64,000 nucleotides of DNA from an uncultured delta proteobacterium (GTDB lineage Bacteria > Bdellovibrionota > FAC87 > UBA2466), in the NCBI GenBank assembly GCA_963778115.1, contig CAVZSV010000005.1, positions 256,001 through 320,000 of the forward strand, written 5' to 3'. Below the pieces are notes generated by a model. That model was not told the DNA's origin. It worked only from the letters and a program-made list of their open reading frames with translations, and did no database searches. Made by a program: the position numbers and the translations under genes. The first letter of the stretch is position 1, and every line of letters begins with the position of its first letter. This document shows positions 36,103 through 45,364 of this stretch, one piece after another.

Positions 36103-36681
36103 ATGCGAAACCATTTTTACTATCTTATTTCGGCGCTCTTTATCTTCGGTTGTGGAGTGAAGATGTCGGACGTGAATTTGGCAAGTACCCCCGGGGGTTC
36201 GAACGGTGGGCTTTCCCAAGGGGGAGATACCACGGGTGACAGCGGAGGAACTACCGTTTCTTCGGGCGGTACGTCCGGTACGGGATCGGGCACTTCGGGA
36301 ACTTCCGGATCTTCTGGAACTTCAGGATCTGGAAGTTCGAGTACGAATGCTGGCCCGCAAACGGTTACGTTTACCATTCCAAACGGCCAAGGAACCGCTC
36401 CATGGAATACGCAAGCGACAGCCATTAACGTTAAGGTCGGAGACACCATTCATATCGTCAATAACGATGCGACTTCAGGCCAGCCGCACCGGCTGCACAC
36501 CTCGGGCACGTATCCTTGTCCCCATGGCCCGACCAATATCCCCGTCGGTGGATCCTACGATTGCGTCATCGCCGGAACTTACAATTATGCGACCATGCCG
36601 ACTTACGATCACGATGTGAACACATCGGCGACTTTTTATATCAATGTCACCGCGGCAACCCCGGCCGATACTGGGAACTAA
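36103..36681 (+). CDS. Lipoprotein with Gly/Ser/Thr linker and cupredoxin-like domain
   Basis: ATG 36103 follows GAGG; lipobox IFGC; low-complexity linker; VKVGDTIHIVNND...HRLH. Confidence 0.7.
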   Translation: MRNHFYYLISALFIFGCGVKMSDVNLASTPGGSNGGLSQGGDTTGDSGGTTVSSGGTSGTGSGTSGTSGSSGTSGSGSSSTNAGPQTVTFTIPNGQGTAPWNTQATAINVKVGDTIHIVNNDATSGQPHRLHTSGTYPCPHGPTNIPVGGSYDCVIAGTYNYATMPTYDHDVNTSATFYINVTAATPADTGN

Positions 36682-36682
36682 A

Positions 36683-37207
36683 TCACTTGATTCGGGGAGT
36701 CGGGGTAAGGAGTCGTACGGTCCAGTGAATGGTGGACGGGGCTCCAAATACTTGACGAAGATATTCCTTCGGAAATCCTGAAGTCTCATCAAAATTAGCA
36801 CTCAAATAGATCTTATCGGGATCGGCTCCTCCAAAGCCTCCCTGAGGGTGCGATGCCTGCACCAACTCTTCGGCTAGGAAACGAAACATCCCCTCGACAT
36901 TCCAATATTCCCAAGCGCTCTTGGGAACCTCATTGCCGTCCGTCGTCATGGAGACCACGATTCCCTGATCGACTTCGATATGATGGTGGCCGTGTTGAAC
37001 GCCCGAAATATCTACCTCCATGGAGTAATGTTTGGGTCCCTGATGAGACCAAAGCATTTCAGCCCCTTTGAGCCGCTCCTGGGTGAGAGGGGGTAGTGTT
37101 CGGCGGGTGGAGAAGACCCAAAGTAAAACGGCGATGAGAAGGGCCACCACCGCCAAAAGAAGTTTTGATCGTCTGGTCCATTTGGGGGATTTTTGGGGAC
37201 TAGTCAT
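36683..37207 (-). CDS. Membrane-anchored hypothetical protein (DUF6174-like)
   Basis: One TM helix; W...GPKHYSM, VEGMFRF and FDETSGFP. Start 37207 or 37243. Confidence 0.55.
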   Translation of the reverse strand: MTSPQKSPKWTRRSKLLLAVVALLIAVLLWVFSTRRTLPPLTQERLKGAEMLWSHQGPKHYSMEVDISGVQHGHHHIEVDQGIVVSMTTDGNEVPKSAWEYWNVEGMFRFLAEELVQASHPQGGFGGADPDKIYLSANFDETSGFPKEYLRQVFGAPSTIHWTVRLLTPTPRIK

Positions 37208-37395
37208 GAGCAGGACCTTCTCAACCTCCAACCGAATCGTCAATGAGACCCGTCCTCGATGTTACAGAAGTTTAATTATACGACAATACGTGAGCTCTCT
37301 TTCGCCGTAACGCCTGGGACCAAAGGACAACGGTTTTTGACATCACAACCCAGGCATCAGTATTATACGTGCGTTTAATAATCCAAGGAGTCACT

Positions 37396-39753
37396 GTGAA
37401 AGCGTTGAAGATTACTGGGATCGTATTGGGCGTCTTGTTGGGACTTTTCGTGCTAGCGGCAATGGTAGTTCCGTTAGTGGTTAACGTAGATGACTACCGC
37501 CCTAAAATTGTAGCGGCTGCGGAAGAACACCTCAATGGAAAGCTAGATCTGGGGCCTCTTTCTTTATCTCTATGGGGCCAGGTGAAAGTGAAGATCGGAG
37601 GGTTCACCCTTTCCGATGCGAAAGGCCGTAAAGTGGTTGCCGCCCAGGACGTTTCTCTCCACGTCCCTTTTTGGTCCATCCTCTTAGGATCACCCGCCGT
37701 GACTTTTTTGATGAAGCAGCCCGAGCTATCGGTTTGGAAAGACCGAACCGGAAAATTAAATGTCCTGACTCTCGTTAAAGGGCAGTCCGTCCCTGGGACA
37801 CCTGCTTCTCGTGGGACACCGGCCGAACCCTCCAAAGGTCTCCCCAAATTGCCGGGAATTGCCGTGCGGTCGAAGATCGACATCGATGTGGAAGATGCGG
37901 TGTTTTCCTACCAGGACGAAAAGAGTGGTCTGACTTCGAAAATAAACGATTTTAATTTGAAGATAAACGACCTGTCGTTAAGCCATCCGATGGATATGGA
38001 CATGTGGGCGACGATGGATACTACTTTGGGAAAGACTCTTATCGTCAAAGGCCCCGCCAAGATGCATGTAGATGCTTCGCCAAAATTCGAAGCAGGGAGT
38101 TTTTCGACCGCGACTTTGAAAGCAACCGTAAATCTAGACGATCTGGTTATTCAAATGCCCGGCACGTTTGAAAAAAAGAAAGGGCAAGCGGCTAATGCCA
38201 CTCTTTCGGCATCGACTACCCCCCAGTTGCTAACGGTAGAGAAAATGGCGGCCACTTTCGCGGCTGCCGAACTGGACGGATCGGGAACGGTAAGTAAATT
38301 GGATACCGATCCGGAATTTAATTTCAAATTCACCTCTAACGAGATCCCTCTAAAGCCTTGGGCGGAATTGGTTCCTCTATTGAAAGAGTATGAACTGGGA
38401 GGCTCGGCATCCTTAGAAGCTACCCTCACAGGCACCACCGAGAAGTTGGGATACACCGCAAATCTGTTGGTGAAAAACGTAACGGCAAAATCCCCCCAGC
38501 TAAAAGCACAGCCGGTACTTAATGGACGGATCCACGTCATCACCGACAAAGTGGACGTCCTTGAGTTTTCCATGAAGGCTCCTGGCAACGAGTTGCGCTT
38601 GGCAGGCAATGTTTCTTCGTTTGTGAGGCCTCAGATACAGATCCAAGTCTCTTCTACGGGAATGGATCTTGATCAGCTAATTCGACTGCCAGCGCCCAGT
38701 AGTTCCGGCACAAACGCAAGTGCGCCAGCTTCCGCTCCTGCGAGAGGGGCTAATCAACCGGCTTCCGATTTCGACAAAATGTTAGATCCCGTGCGCACCA
38801 CCCCAATGCTAGCCGGGACGAATGCAACGGCTCGATGCAATCTAGACTTCGTAAAGATTGACGGCGTTAAAATGACAAATCTGGTGGGGACAATGACCTT
38901 TCGAGATCTTACCGCCAGCATCGCAAGTTTTCGCATGGGAGTGTGGAGCGGAGTCGTTACTGCTAGCGGTGCTGTCCAAATGCGACCTAGGACCCCTCAG
39001 TACAAATTTAATGCTTCGGTGGCGGGGATGGAGTTGAAACAAGCGGTGGAGTCGCAACTTGAGCTTTTCAAAAACACTCTTTTGGGTAAAGCCAGTTTCA
39101 AGATTGAAGGCACCGGGGCTAGCTTTAATCCTCCTGCCGCCAAAGGAAATCTAAACGCTAAGGGAAACCTAAGCGTACAAAATGCAACTTTTGCCACGAT
39201 AGATATCGGAAAGATAGTCACGGAGGCAGCAAACCGCATTTTGGCATCCGTCGCCGCTAAAGTGCCGGCTCTTAAGTCGAGTTCCGTTAAGCCCCCTGCC
39301 AGTATTGACTCTAAGTATTCGGTCATCTCCAGTGATTTTACGATCGCTAACGGCGTATTTAATGCTCCCAATTTCACCGCTAAAGCGGAACCGAACCGAG
39401 GACTTGATCTGAAAGGCGATACCATGGTGGGAATCAAGGACTACTCCTTGAAAGCGACCTGGGAAATTTCCGATACCTACAATTTAAGCAAGTTGAAAGA
39501 CGTCACCGTCGACCAAGCAGGCGTTAAAGTGGAGCACATTCTTGCCGAGGGAAACGGCCCTGTGAAACTTCCGATTCAGGTGGGAGGAACTGTCTTTAGC
39601 CCGCAAGTAAACTACGCAGCGGTGGCTGAGGCTTTGGGAAAAGTGGCGTTGGGCAATATTGGAAAAGGACTTCAGAACAAAGCGCAGCAGGAGCTTCAGA
39701 AAAAAGCGAACGAGACGTTACAGAATTTTGGGAAGAAGTTGTTCGGCAAGTAG
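37396..39753 (+). CDS. AsmA-family protein
   Basis: GTG 37396 follows AAGGAG; N-terminal anchor then NVDDYRPKI; long beta-rich body; C-terminal LPIQVGGTVFSP. Confidence 0.85.
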   Translation: MKALKITGIVLGVLLGLFVLAAMVVPLVVNVDDYRPKIVAAAEEHLNGKLDLGPLSLSLWGQVKVKIGGFTLSDAKGRKVVAAQDVSLHVPFWSILLGSPAVTFLMKQPELSVWKDRTGKLNVLTLVKGQSVPGTPASRGTPAEPSKGLPKLPGIAVRSKIDIDVEDAVFSYQDEKSGLTSKINDFNLKINDLSLSHPMDMDMWATMDTTLGKTLIVKGPAKMHVDASPKFEAGSFSTATLKATVNLDDLVIQMPGTFEKKKGQAANATLSASTTPQLLTVEKMAATFAAAELDGSGTVSKLDTDPEFNFKFTSNEIPLKPWAELVPLLKEYELGGSASLEATLTGTTEKLGYTANLLVKNVTAKSPQLKAQPVLNGRIHVITDKVDVLEFSMKAPGNELRLAGNVSSFVRPQIQIQVSSTGMDLDQLIRLPAPSSSGTNASAPASAPARGANQPASDFDKMLDPVRTTPMLAGTNATARCNLDFVKIDGVKMTNLVGTMTFRDLTASIASFRMGVWSGVVTASGAVQMRPRTPQYKFNASVAGMELKQAVESQLELFKNTLLGKASFKIEGTGASFNPPAAKGNLNAKGNLSVQNATFATIDIGKIVTEAANRILASVAAKVPALKSSSVKPPASIDSKYSVISSDFTIANGVFNAPNFTAKAEPNRGLDLKGDTMVGIKDYSLKATWEISDTYNLSKLKDVTVDQAGVKVEHILAEGNGPVKLPIQVGGTVFSPQVNYAAVAEALGKVALGNIGKGLQNKAQQELQKKANETLQNFGKKLFGK

Positions 39754-39881
39754 AGCCTCGTCGTCGGCAGATACCATGAGATCAAAGCAGGGGGCCCGTT
39801 CTCTACGCTCCGGTAAGAGTTAGGAAATGTTATTTTTCCATTAAATTTAAGTAGTTAAATTGTTTCTCTAAAGGCCGTGCT

Positions 39882-39897
39882 TGGCAAGTCTAGTGCA
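39882..39897 (+). promoter_or_regulatory. Possible sigma54 promoter
   Basis: TGGCAAGTCTAGTGCA has GG-N10-GC spacing, with an AT-rich tract upstream. Confidence 0.4.
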
Positions 39898-39945
39898 ACG
39901 TGTTGTAGTGCGCTCATCAGTTAAAATTAAACAATTAACTCGCTG

Positions 39946-40922
39946 GTGATTATGGGGCTGATGGGAAAGCACAATTTTGGGTCAGGGAAGTTTTGTCTCT
40001 GCCGGCTAACGGTGAAACTCGCGATGCTGATCGTGGTAGTGGCGTTTGTCCCTACCTCGGCTTGGGCGTCCCTCGATTGCGGTTACCGAGTCATCACGGA
40101 AGGCTCCTGTCCCGAACTGCAAAAGGGTGTGCACGGTTGTCCCGTCCGCCGGTTTAAACTCTTTTCTAGCCAAGACGCTAATGTCGCCGAAGTGATTGTA
40201 GAGATCTACGATCGTAATGGTCAGTTTGATTTTCCGGCGCGGTCTTTTGACCCGGTTTTTAAAGATCCCCTTGTCGGAGATCAATTGCGTTTTTTACATC
40301 ACCGCGCTCTTAGCCGAAGCCAAGGCGAATCGGTCGCGAGTTTCCGCGCGGTGGTTAATGGATTTAAGACCCAGGTCAGTGCCGAATCCGCGGCCCCGCG
40401 TTTACCCCAAGAAGGGATGGGGCCTTCAACGGTAGTGCTTAGCGTTTTCTATGAAGGGAATAATCCGCAAAAGGGCCCGTTTCCGGAAGCTCCGGAACTC
40501 GCGGTAGTGGGGATCGTCTCTGAGCTTTTTTCTATGAAATCAGTGAACTTTATTCTGATTCGTGGAATAAATTAATTTTGCAGTCCGTCCGGCTGGCCTA
40601 TAAACAGAGGCTTTTCGATGTCCCTGATCTGAGGGGTGAAGTCGCTGAACTTTTTCGTCTACGAACTACCTGGCATACGAAGCTCGAATTCTACGACAAC
40701 AAATTAAAACATCACCTGCCTTTTCCCTATGATGCCTTTTTAGAAGGCTTGACGCTGGATGAGTCGAATTTGGACGGACGACTTTCCCCGATGAAAGCGA
40801 ATTTCAAACAGTTCTATCAGCAGATCGACCCCAGACTTGTGGACCTACTGTGGGATGTTCCTTTACCCCCTTTATGGGAGCTCGCCATGGCAGCACCTGT
40901 CTCGGCCGTGGGGCAGCACTAA
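39946..40922 (+). pseudogene. Secreted hypothetical protein, probably one gene split by a frameshift at T6 (40526-40531)
   Basis: ORF 39946-40575 has a signal peptide (SAWA-S). The frame of ORF 40578-40922 is open back to 40524, and one extra T joins the two as ...SELFFYEISELYSDSWNKLILQSVRL... Confidence 0.5.
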
Positions 40923-40939
40923 GCACTAATAAGGTTTGT

Positions 40940-41691
40940 CTAGAGGTCGTTAATTCCCACGACCAACGAAAGATCCCATTTTACCTTCTGCTGGCCCTGG
41001 CCCCAAGCACGGCGCAAGGGTGCCGCCACCCATTCACACGGATCGGAGTTGTTCTTATCCTTGTAAGCCTGTACCGCCGACCAACTGTGCATAAAGCCCA
41101 TCATCTGCTCGACCGTCCAGTTGAGTTGAATCCCAAACTTAGGGGTTTCGATAAGGCGAAACGGCAGATTAAGGGTCAGTAGCCCCCAGGCTTGGAAAGT
41201 TGGATGCGATCCGACCAATAGGTTCTTAGAACGTCATGTTCAAAAGGGCCCAAAATGCTATCAATCTCGGGTGTCACTCCTCCCCCACAATAGGTCCAGG
41301 CGGCAAAGACGCCTTTGGGTTTGAGCACTCTTTTGGCTTCGAGGAAAAAATAATCGTGATCAAACCAGTGCAGAGCGGTGGCTACAATGAGCGCATCGAC
41401 ACTCTTAGATTCGATTCCTGATTTTTCGGCACTGGCGACTCGGTATTTTACGTTGGGAAGGCTGGTTGCGTGAGAGATCTGCTCCGAACTGATATCGGTG
41501 GCAATCACTTCATTAAAATATCGAGCAAGGGTTTGAGCCGCTTGTCCGCTCCCCGTGGCGCAGTCCCACGCTCTTTCTAACGTGGGGGAATGGGAGGCCA
41601 CAAATGCGAAAAGTTCTTCGGGATATCCGGGGCGGAATTTAGCGTATTGGCTAGCCTGTTTCTTAAAAAGCGTTGTGGTTTCCATGGGCAT
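40940..41691 (-). pseudogene. Class I SAM-dependent methyltransferase split by a frameshift near 41176-41218
   Basis: YAKFRPGYP, WDCATGSGQ and ATALHWFD are in 41176-41691. The family C-terminus (LPF..WTVEQMMGFMHSWSA) is in the overlapping frame 40940-41218. Confidence 0.8.
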
Positions 41692-41758
41692 AATCTAGAA
41701 GTCCCCTGCGGAGTTGTCATGACGCAGATTTTTAGAAAAATGTGGTAGAATTTTCCTT

Positions 41759-42202
41759 GTGTTGCACAGGGTTTCCGTAGCCGAACTGAAACGATCCGGC
41801 CTTTTTAAGAACGCCTATCGAGTGGTGGTCATGCAGTACTATCCCAGGTTTTTGGCTAAAGCGAAAATCGAGGAAAATATCCATGCTCTAGCTCCCCAGA
41901 GAACTCTGTTTACCCAGTTCAAGGCCAAAGAAAAAGAGTGTCGGGACCATAATCTTGCTTTCGAAGCGGTCAATTACGAATCGCGCTTTGAAGTCACCGC
42001 CGAGGGGAGACTTCACTTGGAAAGGCTTTCCCAAATGGCCCGAGAAAAAGAGGTCTTTCTCGTTTGCCAATGCCTTGCGTTGGATCGTTGTCACGCGGAT
42101 TTACTCTTGCTCACGGCGAAAGTACATTTTCAAGCCCCCATTCAGCGGCTACGGTGTCGGTATCCCGTCTACGAAGCCCGGTTGGCTAAAGAGATCCTGT
42201 AA
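41759..42202 (+). CDS. DUF488 (YeaO-like) family protein
   Basis: VVMQYYPR, LAPQRTL, Y..RF and LVCQC....CH..LL. Confidence 0.65.
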   Translation: MLHRVSVAELKRSGLFKNAYRVVVMQYYPRFLAKAKIEENIHALAPQRTLFTQFKAKEKECRDHNLAFEAVNYESRFEVTAEGRLHLERLSQMAREKEVFLVCQCLALDRCHADLLLLTAKVHFQAPIQRLRCRYPVYEARLAKEIL

Positions 42203-42215
42203 GGAGGCATCCCGT

Positions 42216-42695
42216 ATGGAATACGAAGAGGTGATTAAGAAGTTGAATCTGGAGCCTCTCCCCGTGGAAGGCGGTTATTTTAGAAGATTCTACGAGTCTG
42301 AATTTCTCCATTCCGATCAAAGACCCCACGCCAGTGCGATCCACTATCTAGTGACTCGCCAAAGTTTTTCTAGCCTTCATCGTCTGAAGACCGCGGAAGA
42401 GATCTTTATCTTTTGCGCCGGGGATCCCGTGGAGCAGATTCAACTATCCCATCATGGAATTGAACACTACCGAATGGGAACCAAGCTGCAATCCAACCAC
42501 CGGACTCAAGTCGTAGTCCCAGCCAATCGATGGCAAGGAACCAAATTGGTCTCAGGAGGTACGTGGGCTCTATTATGTACGATCGTGGTGCCCGCTTATC
42601 TTCCCCAAGACTGTGAATTTGCCAACCGCGAAGAACTTATTAGTCTATTTCCGAAGCACGAGAAGGTGATCAAAGATTTCACTTACGAGTCTTAG
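42216..42695 (+). CDS. Cupin (DUF985/Cupin_5) protein
   Basis: ATG 42216 follows AAGGAGG; LEPLPVEGGYFRR, SAIHYL, SSLHRL, QVVVPANRWQG and VVPAY. Confidence 0.9.
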   Translation: MEYEEVIKKLNLEPLPVEGGYFRRFYESEFLHSDQRPHASAIHYLVTRQSFSSLHRLKTAEEIFIFCAGDPVEQIQLSHHGIEHYRMGTKLQSNHRTQVVVPANRWQGTKLVSGGTWALLCTIVVPAYLPQDCEFANREELISLFPKHEKVIKDFTYES

Positions 42696-44458
42696 TCTCT
42701 TCTTTTCATCACTTCGAGCGATCCCAGAGCTAGGCAGGGGCGATAGTGCTCCGTGAGATACGACCAAACCACGGGCAAACGCATGCGGTTATTAATCTCT
42801 CTATTCACGGGAGTAGAACTTAGGGCATGAGAGATAATATAGAGAGGTTTTTGAGTTTCCAGATTACCAACGATCTCTTTTTGCGACGAATTCGTCGAAC
42901 CCAAGGAGGTCATGAGATACTTCGTGCAGGAAGGTTTTCGAAGCAGGTAGTACCACGCGGGCTCGTCATCAAAAATAAAAAGACAGCTCTGGGAAGCAAG
43001 TAATGGGGAAAGCACGTCTACGACCCTGCTTTCGTCGGCCTGAAGAAAAAGAGCGTCATTCCAGCCGAGTTCTTGGTGCCATAAACGCAGGGAGGAAAAT
43101 AACCCGGGAGCGAAAAGAGCATAGCTTCCGGCCTGGAAAAGGCCTACGACAACGATGACTCCGGCTAAAAAGGATAACGTGATCTGACGCCATGAGGGAT
43201 ATTGCTCGAGGATTCTCCAACCCAAAAAGCCAATTCCAAAAAAGGCGAACGCCGAAGCATACTTCATATGATTCAAATTGAGCTGGGCAAAAGCGCTTCT
43301 AAAATAAAACAGGCTTGCCGCTACAAAGAACAGATGAAGAGAGACCAAAGAAGTAGGGGTTTTCCAATACGATTTAGCTAATGAAGCGAGACTAAAACTT
43401 TGAATCCCGATGAGTAGGATAGGAAGGCCATAGCGCCACGACGAGATAGCAAACGGGGGATATCTATCTCCGAAAAAAGCATCCCGGAATTGGACTTGAA
43501 AGCGAAATTGTTCCAGAAAAGCTGCTGCTTCTTTACTTCCGACTATTAAAAAAGCGGTAAGGGCCGCCGAGAGAAGGCCTAAGATCCAGTAGCGGATAGG
43601 GATTGCTCGTCCCATTGCCATACCCAAGACGGAAGCCGCCAAAAGATAAGCCCCTCGATCGATGGCGTAAGCAAAAGTAATGACGATCCAAACCCCGGCT
43701 AACCACGCCCATAAACGAGACCCGGTAAGGGCTAAGATCCAAAGAGAGGCACCAATAAGAAAGAAAGCATCTCGATCGTAGAGCAGTTCAAAATGTCTAT
43801 CGCAGATTAAGTGAATCGCCCAGAGGATAGTCACCAGGAGCAGTGCACTAAAGTTACCTCGGATGCTGCTGACGAAAATAAAAAGCGCTGCGAGAAACAG
43901 AGTAAAGGACCAGGGGATAGCCCCCCAAAAAATAGCGCGCAAAAGTCTATCGCATCCAATGGATGGTTGGGAGCCCCATGCAAGCGCGGTCGCTAGACCG
44001 CTTCGCAGTACGCCGTGGCTAAAATAGATGCCGCTCCACAAATGGTGCGTTGCTTTCCATTGATAGGCGCCTGCCAGGCGTTCTCCTTCGTGAAAAAGAT
44101 CAAGGCGACCAAGCGGAGAATCGAAAAATACCGTGGCGATGGTCGCTGTCAAAGCCCATAGCAGGAGCAGCAAGAAAAAAAGTGAAACCGCGCCACTTTT
44201 GACAGCTATCGCAGGATTACTAACTTCGGGAAAGCTCCGCTGGCAAAAAAGTCCCGCTATTCCCCAGAAAAACACTAATGCCAAATACCTCCACCAGTTC
44301 GTGGCGGGAAGATAGTGAGAAAGCATGGCCGGCCCTACGATAAACTGGGGATTTGAAAACGGCAGCGAGAGGTGTTGATAGAAAATCACTCCAAGCAGGA
44401 TTAGGACGACGGGGACCAGAAAGGAAAGTCCGCGGCCTGTCCGCGTCAAGGATGGCAT
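42692..44458 (-). CDS. Polytopic membrane protein, GT-C-like glycosyltransferase candidate
   Basis: More than 12 hydrophobic segments; acidic first-loop motif DLFHEGE; C-terminal soluble domain (FIFDDEPAWYYLL, KPLYII). Confidence 0.55.
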   Translation of the reverse strand: MPSLTRTGRGLSFLVPVVLILLGVIFYQHLSLPFSNPQFIVGPAMLSHYLPATNWWRYLALVFFWGIAGLFCQRSFPEVSNPAIAVKSGAVSLFFLLLLLWALTATIATVFFDSPLGRLDLFHEGERLAGAYQWKATHHLWSGIYFSHGVLRSGLATALAWGSQPSIGCDRLLRAIFWGAIPWSFTLFLAALFIFVSSIRGNFSALLLVTILWAIHLICDRHFELLYDRDAFFLIGASLWILALTGSRLWAWLAGVWIVITFAYAIDRGAYLLAASVLGMAMGRAIPIRYWILGLLSAALTAFLIVGSKEAAAFLEQFRFQVQFRDAFFGDRYPPFAISSWRYGLPILLIGIQSFSLASLAKSYWKTPTSLVSLHLFFVAASLFYFRSAFAQLNLNHMKYASAFAFFGIGFLGWRILEQYPSWRQITLSFLAGVIVVVGLFQAGSYALFAPGLFSSLRLWHQELGWNDALFLQADESRVVDVLSPLLASQSCLFIFDDEPAWYYLLRKPSCTKYLMTSLGSTNSSQKEIVGNLETQKPLYIISHALSSTPVNREINNRMRLPVVWSYLTEHYRPCLALGSLEVMKRRD

Positions 44459-44481
44459 AGTTTAATTTACCACGGGATGAA

Positions 44482-45213
44482 CTAGTTGGAATCTACAATG
44501 CTCATCTCGTGATTCGACAGATTCACCATGACGTTATGGGGCTTTACGGAAAGAAAGACTTGATCGTCATTAAGAAACCGGGCTTGCTCCGGTAGCAAAT
44601 CGATAGTGAGCGTAAGCTCATGTAAGCTGGGCCCCAGTTCTCGGTTCAAGCGAAAGCCGACTCGTTGTATCCTACCGCCAAATATTTCCATCGCACGTCG
44701 CTTAAGAGCATTTCGCCTGTCGTTAAATAGGGTAATTAACTTTGAGGTGAGGGGATTTGATTTTCCTAACTCAAAGAGTAAATCGCTTAGGATCTCACCC
44801 TCAAGGGTTTGCATGCGCAGCACGTTTCGGCGACTGGGGACCTCTTCGACCCAGGGAATATGGAACGAGTCAGGGCCCGGAAATTCCAACGCTTTAAGCA
44901 TCTTCATTTCAAAGAGGGGTAGCTTTGCGCCTTCCGCAAGATACTTACGCACTTCGTTACTGCCGTCGGCAAAGATGACTTTAAAGACATTGGCTTCGCC
45001 CCCCTCCCCGAGGTAGATCATTTTCGAATTTGCCGCAAGACCAAGCCCATCTGCAATCCTAGGATCGGTGATAGTTTGGCCGACGACGGCCAAGCCGCAG
45101 GTGAAAACCCCGGGCTCCGCCTCACCCGTACTGGCCTGCGAGACGCAGGGGGTAATAAAAAGTCCAATCATTAATACAACTAATACAGCGAACGGGGGCT
45201 TCATTTTCTCCAC
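44482..45213 (-). CDS. Secreted protein-kinase-like protein, truncated and probably a pseudokinase
   Basis: Signal peptide; LGEGGEANVFKV, VRK, E, MQTLEG and SVKPHNVMV; ends IVDSN-stop. Confidence 0.65.
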   Translation of the reverse strand: MEKMKPPFAVLVVLMIGLFITPCVSQASTGEAEPGVFTCGLAVVGQTITDPRIADGLGLAANSKMIYLGEGGEANVFKVIFADGSNEVRKYLAEGAKLPLFEMKMLKALEFPGPDSFHIPWVEEVPSRRNVLRMQTLEGEILSDLLFELGKSNPLTSKLITLFNDRRNALKRRAMEIFGGRIQRVGFRLNRELGPSLHELTLTIDLLPEQARFLNDDQVFLSVKPHNVMVNLSNHEMSIVDSN

Positions 45214-45364
45214 CTATTCTTGAGGGGTGACACCCTAGCAGGAGCGATTTACCCGCGCATTAATAATATTTTGCTAACCATATCCTAACGGACAGAACGA
45301 TTGTTCCCCAACGAACCCCGTGATAACCCTCCTCCCGTTGCTTTAGGGAGTATGCGGAGGTTCA

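Noticed and set aside
36230..36345. ACTTCNGGA-like repeats as a DNA repeat element
   Set aside because: They encode the Gly/Ser/Thr linker of the lipoprotein and vary at synonymous positions.
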